In this document: positions 25,976 through 37,083 of the stretch, one piece after another
Layout: each line of letters opens with the position of its first letter
Numbering within the stretch: the first letter of the stretch is position 1
Assembly: GCA_047495785.1 (NCBI GenBank)
Contig: JBLDXI010000036.1
Span: 248,001 to 312,000, forward strand
Source of the DNA: Lepidodermella squamata
Taxonomy: Eukaryota; Animalia; Gastrotricha
Direction of reading: 5' to 3'
DNA: 64,000 nucleotides
Program-made: the position numbers and the translations under genes
The notes under the pieces: model-generated
The model's input: only the letters and a program-made list of their open reading frames with translations
Databases searched by the model: none
What the model was told of the DNA's origin: nothing

Positions 25976-28900
25976 CTAGTAAGACGTCTCGCACATGACG
26001 GCGCTTGCAAAATTGTCACAGGCAGTACTAGTCAGAGAGTGTTTGCCGTTTTCGTAATCGTATATCTCCAGGAAGACACAGCCTTCGCTCGTCGGACCAT
26101 GCCAGTCTGCTGCCTTGTAAGAGTAAACTGAACCGTCGTCCCACAGATACGTCCCATTTGCTGATCGAGTCAGGCCAACCCAAGCCTCATACAGTCCCTG
26201 GGCCTTAGCTGCCTGCTTGGCCAGCTCCATTTCTGCGTCCGTTTTCATCATTGCAAGACGGGCGCCTTGGTTGATGCACACTTGAACAGCTCCAGCATAC
26301 TCCCAGCTGTTAGCAAATAAAAACAAATTTCTTACAGTTACGGGCATAATTTTCTTTTCTGACCTATAACCCCAAATTGCTGGTCTAAATGCAAATTCAA
26401 TATTGTGAAAAGAGATTATTTCAGTGTTATACAGCTACAGCCATATTTTACTCCCGCCACAGCAATCCGAAGTAAGCAATACCCCCCGTTGATTAACTTA
26501 TGTGAATAAGAAAAGCTTACTTGACGCTTTCTCCGTCGTCGGTTTCCGAGTGGAAGAAATAATGCTTTACTGGGGCTTGGCAACTCAGCAAACTCGGGTA
26601 CTCATAATCTGCCGGGTAGCGAGTTTCACTGGCTGAACAGTTTCCGGCGCTGCTTAAACGGCAGTTGACAGTTTTATCAGCCGTTTCGCATCGGTAGTAA
26701 CTGAAGAATAACAAGAAAAATCATGACGCCAAGAAATTAAGCGCGCTCGAAATGCCTTGTAAACTAACTTTGACGTTCTGCAAGTTTTGAAATTGGCATA
26801 TTTGGTTACACCGCCATCCAACGCAACCTGTAGTGATAGATTGAAGCGTAATAACTTCGAGGTGATCACTTGAGAAAACGTTGCTTACAGTTGTATTCGG
26901 GCACGACAGAGATTGTGGAACGCAAACGGCATATAATTTAGTCGAGCTGTCAACACACTTGATGTAACTGTCCTGAAAAATCATAATCAATTCGATTCAA
27001 CTTCAATTTGAAGTTAATACCCCCAGCGTGTTTCGGCATATCGCGTAGCCTATGTAAACGGGAAAGTTCGCCACGATCCCGACCTGAAATTGCAATAGAC
27101 CGAGAAATCCTGTTGTATTGCTTTTCAAGTGTAACCTTCATGTTACCTCATACTTCGGGCAAACATCGAGACAAATGCCGCCGGTTGTTGCATCAAAGCA
27201 ATAGCGTACGGGCTGAAATTATAAAATATAATGATAACTGGTCTGCACAGCTGCTGCAAATGTTACGTCTAGCTCGCATCTCTGTTTAGTAAGATACACC
27301 ACTGGGCTTGCTGTAAAATTCTTGAGAAAAGCTTAATGATAGAAAAGTATCACGAGTTTCAATGCGCCAGTCTCACTGTATTGCATGTAGTCGGAGCTTC
27401 CTCGCACTCCAGATTATATTTATAAGTGTCCTGAGGGAAGCAGCGTCGATACGGATACATTTCAGGCGGGGCTGTTTGTTTGTTGGAAAAGACGTCAAAC
27501 TGACCAATTGACTGAAGTTAGAACTCACCAGTCGTGCAATCGTTTAGCGTATCGAAAGTTGCTCCTTCGATCGTTGCATTTGGGCACGTTGCGTTGTTCG
27601 AAGCAGGAATGCATTTCACGAGATCGAACGTGGTTTGATCCACGCAGAGTTTGTGAGGTTTCTAAGAATATCCGAAAATCAGAATAAGTAAACACAGGCT
27701 CGACTCACCAGAGCCGTGAGGCAGTCAGCGTAGTTGCTCGCAAAGTCCAGTTTCGAGTTGAATGTTGAAGCCTCAGTGGATGGTACATAGTTGTAGATAT
27801 TTTTCCCAAAAATCGAGAGTGCATTATTCAAATACATACCACTGTCATAGGTGAAGGGCAGCTATTGCGGCAAACCGAACCGTTCGACGATGAGCAAAGT
27901 GCAGCTGGCTGTGAATTATGAACAACAACTAACGTAATTTCAAAAATCAACGAATTCAACTTAAACTAACGCCGTTAATGCAGTGAGCTTTGTCCATATA
28001 AGTGTCAGGGCTGTATGTCTTCAAAAATATTGTGCAATTTCAAATTGATTTATTCGCGATTTTCCGTGGCTTACCTGAGTCGAGCTCGAATCGCAGGGCT
28101 TCGATTGGCAGCCGAGAAATGATAGATCACTTTGGAGGAAGCATCGGTTGTGCGGCAAGAAATCAGCGTCATTCCGTTTGACTGATGAGGGAATTTAGTT
28201 GAATTTGATCACTTCGAATTACATCCAGCTGTGATGGGTTTCGATCAACTTACTATTAGCCTGGGCCATGCAAGCAGAGGTTTTCGACCATGGGCCAACC
28301 GCAGTCTATAATGTAGAAATAAGGAATTAGACTCATTTGTTAAGAATTGTTAAGAATTTCCCATTCGATTCTGGTCTTTGAGCCTTGCTAACTTGTACTC
28401 ACCCCGTTGTTTGGGCATGGCCCATTGACAGGAATGCAAGTTTGCTGACCGTTGCTGTTGCAAAGCGTTGCTTTAGTATTCTGTCAACAATTATGAAAGG
28501 AAACCAGTGCGAGATCGAAAATTCGAGAGAAAATAAACGTACCAAAAAATTGCTTATAGTTGCTCTACAATTTTTGTATTGCGCCTCGAAATTGAAACCA
28601 AGAAATTCAGCGATCTAAATCATAAATAGAAAGTTGAATCTAAATGTACTGAAAATGTATTAGCGTACCATAACTTCATCAGTCTTTGAGCAACCAAGGT
28701 TTCGAGGGATACATCGCATGTTGATGGTTTTGAAGTTGAAACAGCTGCGGGCGGCCTTAAATGGGGCAATAATTTGAAATCGAAATTTGATCAAACTGAG
28801 AAAAGTCTCACTCCATCTAAACAACTAGCAGACGTTGGCAAAGCGAGGCCGAGCTGGAACAAATAAAGCTTTTGAACAAATGAATGAATAATTTAATAAT

Positions 28901-29054
28901 TTAACTCAACCTGGACTTCGTCGAGAAAAGAACAGGCAGTTTTACAACCCATAAAGTTATCATTGAGCCTTGAGAAACAACGCCTGTAGTCGGCTGAAAC
29001 GGCTACCCCAGCAGCTAGGCCAAATAATAAAATGAATTGCAGAATCGTAGCCAT
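25976..29054 (-). CDS. Cys-repeat stalk + CTLD protein, subfamily A (gene 6; spliced, extra intron in CTLD)
   Basis: MATILQFILLFGLAAGVAVSADYRRCFSRLND start, full stalk; CTLD split by a GT-AG intron (approx. 26309-26520), ending VMCETSY*. Confidence 0.85.
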
Positions 29055-29815
29055 CTAGTCAAGTTTATAAAAGATTATTAACAAAAATTGGCCACTATAA
29101 ATTTGAGAGAATAAGAATGAAATTCTAGTTTGAGAGCCTCTAAATAACGCCTTGAATTTGCAAGATCGCGTGGATTCAACACATTTTTTGTAAACAAGCT
29201 GTTGAACACGCGATTGATAATGCTCATCGCCCATTCATAATTTCAAATTTAGATGGGTTTTTTAGATTAAAATATTCGAAAAGTGACCTCATGCCTCTAG
29301 AAAATTCTAAAATTTGGTTCCGGAAAAAGGACGACCCTTCATCTTTGATGTGAGCTTAGGAGTATTTTCGAGTATCTCTCAGACTCAACAATTTCTCGCT
29401 GTAAGACGCTGTGAAATGCAGTCAATGTATTCCGCTGTATATTTTACTGTAAATTTTATGTTGACTAACACCCTTTCACAATCGCTCTTTTATTGGTACC
29501 TTCCATTCGAATTTTCGAAGTTTCCTCCGCTAACATAGTCAGGAAATTCGGCTGGCACAGATCTGTTAAGCCGTGTAAAGCTCAGATGCATTTCTATTGT
29601 CCGGAAACTTGGCTTGTCTGTTAAAACGGAATAATTTGCCTGATAAAAGTTTGCAGACGCTTAAATTTCAGCTTCGACAGACTGTTAAGCTGGATAGCAT
29701 GCCTTATTGTTCATTACAGCAGCAAGAAACAGCTTTTCCGCTGTATCCGACTAATTCCGAATTACAGAGGCGAAAAATCAGCTTAATACAGCCGGATCCT
29801 CAGCTGCGGAATGTG

Positions 29816-30151
29816 ACGGTACAATTTTTTAATTTTGGGACGAAAAATTCCAAAACAATTACTATGAAATACTATGAATTACATGAGCGAATCAGAATTT
29901 CGCGAAATTTGCGGACTTGTAATATTGGGATTCTGCGAGATAATGCTTTTCTAAAGCTATTTTTTGCCTCTAGATTTTTTGCAGCTATTTTTAGCTCGCT
30001 CAAAGTATTATCAAGCGAATGCAAATTTCGCGAAATTTAAAAAGAATTCTGATTCGCTCAAGCTTTATATCGTTGGATAGAGCAAAAATCAAATAAGATC
30101 ATAGTAATTGTTTTGGAATTTTTCGTCTCAAAATTAAAAAATGTTACTGTC
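29816..30151. repeat. Foldback/MITE-like inverted repeat
   Basis: Arms aattttttaattttgggacgaaaaattccaaaacaattactatga..tgagcgaatcagaatt versus their reverse complement at 30045-30151. Confidence 0.65.
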
Positions 30152-30596
30152 CTGAAAGACTCTTAAAATGGCGATTTTTCGTAAAAGTGACCAACTTTGA
30201 AATTTCTTTAAAAAAGTTAGAGAAAAAACCGTCTCATTAGACGGGGCTCATAGATAGAGGAGCGCTTCTACCGTAACGACGTGTATCTTTGGACAAAACG
30301 TGTTTTCGAACATTAAAAATCAGCCTTTGCTCCTACATTTCTGAAATTTTTACCAAACGTGGGGACGGTGATTCTTGAATTTACTGCTAATTTGTAAAAT
30401 TTTCAGAATTTTACCTGACCTTTGGCAAATTAATATGTGTTCCGGTAACTTTGGACAATTAGAGGGTAGCTTTGGACACTCATTTGCATATGCAATTTCA
30501 TTACAATTTCATTGTGAATTATCTGTTTTTCATGGTTTTTCATTTAATCATAAAATAATTATGAACAGATGGCGCATCATCTGTTTCTCGGAAGTT

Positions 30597-30998
30597 TGTC
30601 ACACTGAAACTTTTAGGAAACTAGTGAGTTCGACTGTGACGTTAAAGGTGTGATGTATCTTCTGTGATACCAGAAGATGAGTAGCCAACAAAAGGTAGCA
30701 AAGACGCTAATTCCAAGAGTTACCACTAAAGGTTTTATTAAACTCATAAACCAAAAGAGCTAATAACTTGTTGTTTCTCACACAATTTCCTCCTGCTTAT
30801 ATACAATACACTTGCGTCATTACCTGCGCATCTTCCTTGCCTCTGACGCACTTTGGTAACACCTTTGACGCACTTTGGTAACAGCTTGACGCACGTAACG
30901 GAAGTTCTGACGCACTTACCGGTACGTTTGTAGGATGCTGATTCACCGCTATGAATCATCGGTGTTAACTTGTTCTCAACCTTTTCAACCTTTTCACA
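30597..30998 (-). repeat. 3' LTR
   Basis: Direct repeat of 38075-38476, no differences seen by eye; preceded on the minus strand by the PPT. Confidence 0.97.
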
Positions 30999-31118
30999 CC
31001 TCCCCTCTAGTTTATACGTGAAACGTAAAATTTACCAGAAGTTAGGTATAAACGGTTTATTTAGAAAAGGTTATGTTATTCACAATATTTACAGCGTTAA
31101 ATGAAGTTTATCAGAGTA

Positions 31119-31823
31119 TTAGTACAGTTGAGGCACTACCGGTGTCGGCATGTACCCAAGACAATCGAGTTCGAGTAGAAGCTGGCGATCGTCGAGGTAG
31201 ATCGCTCGATCTAGTAGTCTGACGCATGGCACTTGTCGAAGACCGCCGTTGTGATGCACGTTGCAGTGCCAATCGTTGGCCATAAGCCTCAGATTGCACT
31301 GTCTAATAGTTGGCCAAAGATTGAGGTCATAGAAGGCCGGTAACTTGACGCGGATGTCCAGGCTACCTAAGTTGACCTCGAATCTCTCCGGCGTGTGCCC
31401 GACCAGGTTGGAGAAGCGTGCGATTGGATAGATTAAATCCACGGTTGCTGGAGTCGGTCGAATGACCCAGGTACGGTGGGTAAGCGTTTGAACAGCTCCC
31501 TCGTCGGCTGCTCCGCTAGGCAGAGTCGCCATCATTCGGAACGCCGACGGAACGCTCTCCATATGCTGACTTCTCCTCAAGGCCATCGGCTCCAATTGGT
31601 CAGACTGCAGCACAACTACTTGCGTTTGCTGAAAGGATGTCTCCAGTCCGCCGACAATGGTGATGGTGCCATCTTGGTGGTGGACGGGAGCAGCAACATT
31701 GGCGGCTTCTAGGCCATATTCGCCGTAGGAACCACCAGATTGTTCCGAACTGCTGCTTGTGGCGTCGGACGACGCCGGACTCTCTCGCATGGGTACTACG
31801 ATTGCCGTCGGCCGGATGCTCAT
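31119..31823 (-). CDS. Retroelement ORF4, unknown function (about 234 aa from first ATG)
   Basis: Uninterrupted sense-strand ORF between env-like ORF3 and the PPT; Ser-rich N-terminus, globular-looking C-terminal half; no motif recognised. Confidence 0.7.
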   Translation of the reverse strand: MSIRPTAIVVPMRESPASSDATSSSSEQSGGSYGEYGLEAANVAAPVHHQDGTITIVGGLETSFQQTQVVVLQSDQLEPMALRRSQHMESVPSAFRMMATLPSGAADEGAVQTLTHRTWVIRPTPATVDLIYPIARFSNLVGHTPERFEVNLGSLDIRVKLPAFYDLNLWPTIRQCNLRLMANDWHCNVHHNGGLRQVPCVRLLDRAIYLDDRQLLLELDCLGYMPTPVVPQLY

Positions 31824-31903
31824 ATGCTTAAACACAAAATTATAAATGATGTAGTTTGCTTAAATAACCTGGCGATCGTCCCAGAGACGTCGCATTTAGC
31901 TGC

Positions 31904-33172
31904 TTATATAGAGCTGCATATGGTATTTGGCTGTTTTCGTCGAAACACCTTTTTGGCGCGCGTCATAGGTTCGTAAATGTTGTCATGGCTTCGGTGTTGC
32001 CTTTCACACCCCATCTGAATATTCGTTAGGCACTTTAGGAGCACAAATATGATAATTGAGCTAAGGATGACCACAACAATGATACTCGCTCCCCACCAAG
32101 TTATCCCGGAATTGGTCATTTCAGGTGTAATTTCAAAAATTTGACACGATTTGACCATGGTGTGTCTAGGCAGCTCAATTTTTGAAGAATTAGGCTGCAT
32201 TAACATGTTTTTCCCGATGATAACAAAGGTCGAGGCGCTAAAACTGCCGTTGGTGATATTGACGTCACCTTCGACTTGTAGCATTTCGTGATTACCGCAT
32301 CCTATTGTGCCTGTCGCCAGAGTAATCAGTGTGGCTGATAGCAATTTGAGTGCAAAGCTTGTATGACTTACGTACGAAACCATTGTCGCTTTTGCTAGCC
32401 AGAAAGTGGTGTTGTTGATCTGTATCCATGGTGGTAGATTATCGCAGAAGTTGGCTGTTGCTTTGCATATGTTGAGTTGACTTGTTTCGTTCGTCGGATG
32501 CATCCAGTTGACCATAGTTCGACTCGTATATGCTTCCCAGGGGCATATCATTGTTTCATGTTTTCGATGGCACTTGTTGAGATTGGCATTGAGTATCTGA
32601 AACTGTCCGTCTTCACAATCTATAGCTGTGTAAAGATTTGTAAAGAGTAAAAATGGAGAGATGACACAATAATCATCTTCCTTAAAGTAGAGAGGAAAAA
32701 TATCCAAAATTTTACACGATTTTATCAGAGGGCTGTGACTTGGCGTAACAGTCTCCGATCGAATATGGCCATAATCTAAAGGAAACTTATTTGAGTTAAG
32801 CCAATCACTTACCCGCTGTGCCGTGTTATTGGATCGCTCTCGTTTTCGGCGCTTGAGAACCAAGGACCATTCTGGTTCCGAAGGCCATGATAGCGATTCA
32901 TGCTGCCTTCTGCGCCTGGCGTGTGCCGGTGTAGGACGTGCCATAGTCGTTGTCCTTGCGCTTGTCGTTGTTGTCCTTGTCGTAGTCACTGCGGTCGTTC
33001 TCCTTCTTCGAGTTGTCCATGGACTTGTCGCAGTTGTTTCGGAATTGTCTCGCGAGAATGTTATCGTTCGGCCTGGTCGAGTTATCACCAGTGTAGATAG
33101 CCATAAGTTGATTTCGTCGGTTGCCCCAGTAACTTCCACCATCGTTGCCATCAATACCAAAATCATCGTCAT
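31904..33172 (-). CDS. Retroelement ORF3, envelope-like type I membrane glycoprotein (422 aa)
   Basis: N-terminal hydrophobic signal, Thr-rich mucin-like tract, polybasic furin-like sites (RRRR, KRRKRER), Cys-containing ectodomain with many N-x-S/T sequons, TM helix WWGASIIVVVILSSIIIFVLL and a short tail; occupies the env position after pol. Confidence 0.8.
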   Translation of the reverse strand: MTMILVLMATMVEVTGATDEINLWLSTLVITRPGRTITFSRDNSETTATSPWTTRRRRTTAVTTTRTTTTSARTTTMARPTPAHARRRRQHESLSWPSEPEWSLVLKRRKRERSNNTAQRVSDWLNSNKFPLDYGHIRSETVTPSHSPLIKSCKILDIFPLYFKEDDYCVISPFLLFTNLYTAIDCEDGQFQILNANLNKCHRKHETMICPWEAYTSRTMVNWMHPTNETSQLNICKATANFCDNLPPWIQINNTTFWLAKATMVSYVSHTSFALKLLSATLITLATGTIGCGNHEMLQVEGDVNITNGSFSASTFVIIGKNMLMQPNSSKIELPRHTMVKSCQIFEITPEMTNSGITWWGASIIVVVILSSIIIFVLLKCLTNIQMGCERQHRSHDNIYEPMTRAKKVFRRKQPNTICSSI

Positions 33173-33204
33173 TTTTCCATACCTAGAAAACTCGAATAAT
33201 TAAT

Positions 33205-36200
33205 TTATGGCAATAGTTTACCTTTCATGGTCCTATCTAATCGTTCCCTAGTCGGAATTGACGGTTGTCTGGGATTTCGATAAGACCTAAATGGTGCCAT
33301 AGGATCCTTTTGTTCGAGTTGTTCAGGTTCTTCGAATTGTCGATCCAAATCGTCTTGCTCCAAATTTGCTGGTTCTGGGTCCAGTTCTGGTTCGTGAACG
33401 ACAACCAGTGGTGGCTGAGGTGGTACTGGTAGTACTGCAGGAGTTGGAACTAACGGTAGAGGCCTTGCCGGTATCACCGGTGACAAAGGGTCAATTGGCC
33501 TAGGAGCTCCAACTTCCTCAGCTGGCGATGTGTCGAATCGTTCTTGGTCCCAGAGAGATGCCAGCGTGTTGCTTCGCAAATTATAGGAATGGATCGGCGA
33601 ACTCGGTTGAGTCCTTTTCGTAGCAGATTTGGCCATTTTCGCAGATTCTGCTGTCTTTCCAGTTGCATTGTTTGGATCGTGCTGCGTCGCGTCGCTTTCA
33701 TCGTCGGTTTCGGCCGTTTGGTTTGCCATAGCCAGTTTGTCGACATTGCCATAGAAGGGTTTGAGCCGATTCCGATGAACTATTTTCGGTTTCTGCTTGC
33801 CATTAAGCAGTTGAATCTCGTAGTTGACTCCGATTCGTTGAAGAACGGTGTAAGGACCACGATATGGCGACCAGAATTTGCGTGGAGTTTTGGAAGCAGT
33901 TGGCATTTGTGGACAGTGAAGCCAGACTAGCATTCCTTCCTCAAATGGCTCTGCATTGCCTGCGTTTTTGTCGTAGATGGCCTTTTGTCGAGCTCTTGCG
34001 AGCTTCATTCGGTCATTCACGAGTTTGAACGCAGCTCGGAGATTACGATGTATCTTACATGCGTAATCATCGGTGCTTACAGGTTTGCCATTTTCGGGTT
34101 CCAGCAGATCACCAGGGATCCTAACTCTCCGTCCTGTAGCTAGGAACATAGGTTGCATATGATGGCTCGATTGGGTTGACGTGTTGAAAGCGAAGATTGC
34201 CGGAGCCAGCATATCGACCCATTTTCCGCTCGTTTTGTTGTTGAAAGAGTTGGCGATCATCGCCGCGATGACGGCCATGAATCTCTCGCATCCCCCATTG
34301 GCCATAGCGTGATAGGGAGAGATCCTAAGTTGCTTGATTTGCAGTAGTCGTTCCACTTCGCTTGCCAGCTTGCCAGATAGTTGCTTGCCGTTGTCAGAGA
34401 GAATTGCTCGAGGAAAGCCATGCAGGTAGCAAAATTCCAGCATTTTGTCTACAACTTTCTCAGCTGTGATAGTTCGTAAGGGCCAAGCCGCGAAGAATTT
34501 GCTGAAATGGTCCCCCATCACTAAGACAAATCGGTGCCCGTCGCAACTTTCGACTGGCCCCAAGATGTCCCACATGTAGATGTCTCCAAAGTAGTTGCTG
34601 ACAATTGGATGTAATTCGGCTACCGGATTCTTAATGGGACCTTTGCGCTGTTGGCAGGGAATACACTCCCTGACGTAGTCGGCGACAGTTGTTTCCATAT
34701 CCGGCCAAAAGAATCGCTCTTTGACGCGAGCTAATGTCCGGTCGAAACCCAAATGTCCGCCAACCTCGTCATGTAGGTGCTGAAGAGCCGTTTTGCGCAA
34801 GGTGATCGGTAGAGCGAATTGCTTCAATTCTCTGCTTGGATGGTTAGGATATCGGATTAGAAGTCCATTTTCCAAAGCGAATCTCCTGTCGAGTTGTTGA
34901 TTCGAAGCCAGTTTGCCGACAACGTCCTTGATCCATGGGTCGGCTTGTTGTTCGATCTTGAGTTGTTCCAGACTGATTCTTGGTTGGAGATTGATATTGA
35001 TCGCAGGACCCAGTCCTCGTTTTACTGGCGGTGCAGAGCGATCAGGTTTCCGGCTTAGAGCATCAGCATTGAGATGTTGTTTCCCAGGCTTATATTCAAT
35101 CTTGATGTTGTAATTGCTGAGAAGAAGAGCCCATCTGCTGATTCGCCCTCCGACATCCCTAAACTTGTTCATGTGTACAAGAGGATTGTGATCGACAACT
35201 ATAGTAACCTGACCTAAATCGGGTGAGTCGTTGATCATGGCATGTTGTTCTCGCGTCCTTATATAGGACTTGAAGAAAGATCGAAGCGAAGTTACTATGC
35301 CTAAAGCTTCGCGCTCTGTCGTGCTCATATTTCGCTCGGCCTTAGTTAGCGTTCTACTAGCGTATGCGACAGGGTGTTCCTCGCCGTTAGTAACTTGGCT
35401 TAGAACTGCCCCGATGCTGTGATCTGAGCTATCGCAGTGTATTCTAAAGGGTTTGCTAAAATCAGGGTAACTTAGGACAGGATATGTGGTGAGTTTAAGC
35501 TTCAAGAGATTGAAAGCCTTCTCAGCTTGATCCGTCCATACATAGTTTTGGGCTGATTTTCGCATGAGCGCAACTAGGGGTTCTGTTATTTCTGCGTAAG
35601 CATTAATGTACTTGCGATAATAGTTACAGATCCCCATAAAAGAGCGAAGTTCATGTATATCTTTAGGCCTATCATAATCTAGGATAGCAGCTACTTTCGT
35701 GCGCGAGGGAGAAACGCCTTGACTATTTACTCTAAAGCCTAAGAACTCAATCTCAGACTTGGCTAAGTGGCATTTAGAGCCGTTGAATTTTAGCTTAGCT
35801 ACGCGAAAGCGAGAAAATATTTCCCGTAAAAGTTCGAGATGTTCCTCGAAAGTTGTCGAGAAACAGGCTATATCATCCGCGTAAGTGACCACTTTATTAG
35901 TAGCGATTAAATCGCCTAAAGTGTCGTGCATAACTCTGCCCCATACTGCGGAAGAGTTAGTGCCCCCCATTATCACTCGTTGCCATTTCCAACAGCCTAA
36001 TGCTCCCCCGAGATCAAAGGACGTGAGATCTTGGGAGTTCGGGGTCAAACTTATGGACCAAAAGGCTTGTCCAACATCCATATTACTTATGAAACGGAAT
36101 GGCTTGCCTTGGTTACCTAGGCTATCTACACAGTCATCTAGACGATTTCCTGCATAGAGTTCTTTTTTCGAGTGATTATTTAATATGCGCGCGTCTAAAA

Positions 36201-37083
36201 CTAGCCTAATGTGCTTTTTATCAGCCTTAGGGATAATTTGGATGCCATTACGATGTTGCGATTTCGAAGGAGCAATGATTCCTGCTTTGTACAGTTCCTC
36301 AAGCTCCTTCTTTAGAAGAAGTTTTTCTACGTGCGAAAATCTACGCATAGGTTGCTTTATAGTTACCCCATCTGTTACGATAGAGTGTGCAAACTTGTCG
36401 TAGTTGCCTACATCGTATCTGTGGCGCATGAAAATGTCGCTAAATTCGTTAACTAGAGCTTTTAGTTTAAAACGCTGTTCTTCCGTAAGGCTAGGTTCGC
36501 TTAAGTCGACTTCGGGTTCCCATGGTTCTAGTTTAATGGAAGAGGGCCTCTTTGGAGCCGATTGCTCCTTCAGAGGAATATCTACGTAAGGATGTAGTGC
36601 GGCATGTTGACCTATGTTCAGGAGAACTGAGTCAGCTTTGCCATTTAAAAGTGAAATTTTGGAGCCATCCTTAAGAACTAGTTGCTTATTTTCCCAGTTA
36701 ATAGTTGAGGCATAATTATCTAAGAAGTCTGCCCCTATCAAGGCTGGCACGCACAGCCGATCTATAGCTAGAAATTCGTGCTGAAATGTGAGTTTTCCCA
36801 GTTTTCCTTGAAGACCTATAGATCCCCTGACCTTCAGGTTTGCACCGTCTGGTCCTATGGCTGAAGCCACCTTAAAAGCACTATTCTTGGGAACTAGAGA
36901 TGAACTAATGCAACTTTTAGCTGCCCCTGTATCTATCAAAGCTCTAATGGGTTTGTCCTTAATAACTATTTTAGCCATGAGTCCCTTGATCCCATTAATG
37001 CTAGGTATAAGGTTTGGGAATCTCGGGGAGATAGAGTACAGGCTTGCCTTATCCCCATTTAGGCTTGCCCGTCCTCGTTTCCC
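33205..37083 (-). CDS. pol: Pol polyprotein (protease, RT, RNase H, integrase), entered by -1 frameshift
   Basis: LIDTGA protease, YADD RT, CDSSD..GAVL RNase H, H-x5-H..CIPC zinc finger, D..SDNG..ER integrase core, GPY motif. The reading frame stays open from the GGGAAAC site to the annotated ATG at 36978. Confidence 0.96.
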   Translation of the reverse strand, partial: GKRGRASLNGDKASLYSISPRFPNLIPSINGIKGLMAKIVIKDKPIRALIDTGAAKSCISSSLVPKNSAFKVASAIGPDGANLKVRGSIGLQGKLGKLTFQHEFLAIDRLCVPALIGADFLDNYASTINWENKQLVLKDGSKISLLNGKADSVLLNIGQHAALHPYVDIPLKEQSAPKRPSSIKLEPWEPEVDLSEPSLTEEQRFKLKALVNEFSDIFMRHRYDVGNYDKFAHSIVTDGVTIKQPMRRFSHVEKLLLKKELEELYKAGIIAPSKSQHRNGIQIIPKADKKHIRLVLDARILNNHSKKELYAGNRLDDCVDSLGNQGKPFRFISNMDVGQAFWSISLTPNSQDLTSFDLGGALGCWKWQRVIMGGTNSSAVWGRVMHDTLGDLIATNKVVTYADDIACFSTTFEEHLELLREIFSRFRVAKLKFNGSKCHLAKSEIEFLGFRVNSQGVSPSRTKVAAILDYDRPKDIHELRSFMGICNYYRKYINAYAEITEPLVALMRKSAQNYVWTDQAEKAFNLLKLKLTTYPVLSYPDFSKPFRIHCDSSDHSIGAVLSQVTNGEEHPVAYASRTLTKAERNMSTTEREALGIVTSLRSFFKSYIRTREQHAMINDSPDLGQVTIVVDHNPLVHMNKFRDVGGRISRWALLLSNYNIKIEYKPGKQHLNADALSRKPDRSAPPVKRGLGPAININLQPRISLEQLKIEQQADPWIKDVVGKLASNQQLDRRFALENGLLIRYPNHPSRELKQFALPITLRKTALQHLHDEVGGHLGFDRTLARVKERFFWPDMETTVADYVRECIPCQQRKGPIKNPVAELHPIVSNYFGDIYMWDILGPVESCDGHRFVLVMGDHFSKFFAAWPLRTITAEKVVDKMLEFCYLHGFPRAILSDNGKQLSGKLASEVERLLQIKQLRISPYHAMANGGCERFMAVIAAMIANSFNNKTSGKWVDMLAPAIFAFNTSTQSSHHMQPMFLATGRRVRIPGDLLEPENGKPVSTDDYACKIHRNLRAAFKLVNDRMKLARARQKAIYDKNAGNAEPFEEGMLVWLHCPQMPTASKTPRKFWSPYRGPYTVLQRIGVNYEIQLLNGKQKPKIVHRNRLKPFYGNVDKLAMANQTAETDDESDATQHDPNNATGKTAESAKMAKSATKRTQPSSPIHSYNLRSNTLASLWDQERFDTSPAEEVGAPRPIDPLSPVIPARPLPLVPTPAVLPVPPQPPLVVVHEPELDPEPANLEQDDLDRQFEEPEQLEQKDPMAPFRSYRNPRQPSIPTRERLDRTMKGKLLP

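Noticed and set aside
29597-30040. 147-aa plus-strand ORF
   Set aside because: Overlaps AT-rich repeat/foldback sequence, non-ATG start, no recognisable domain.
30744-30959. 71-aa ORF duplicated at 38222-38437
   Set aside because: Lies wholly inside the LTRs and runs through the TGACGCA repeats; the duplication reflects LTR identity, not a gene.
32823-33203. Hydrophobic 126-aa plus-strand ORF
   Set aside because: Antisense shadow of the Thr-rich (ACN) tract of ORF3, which gives Val-rich text on the other strand.
33205-36978. RT near C-type lectin folds suggesting a diversity-generating retroelement
   Set aside because: The RT is an ordinary Ty3/gypsy pol within LTRs; no template/variable repeat pair differing only at adenines was seen, and the lectins are spliced animal CTLDs.
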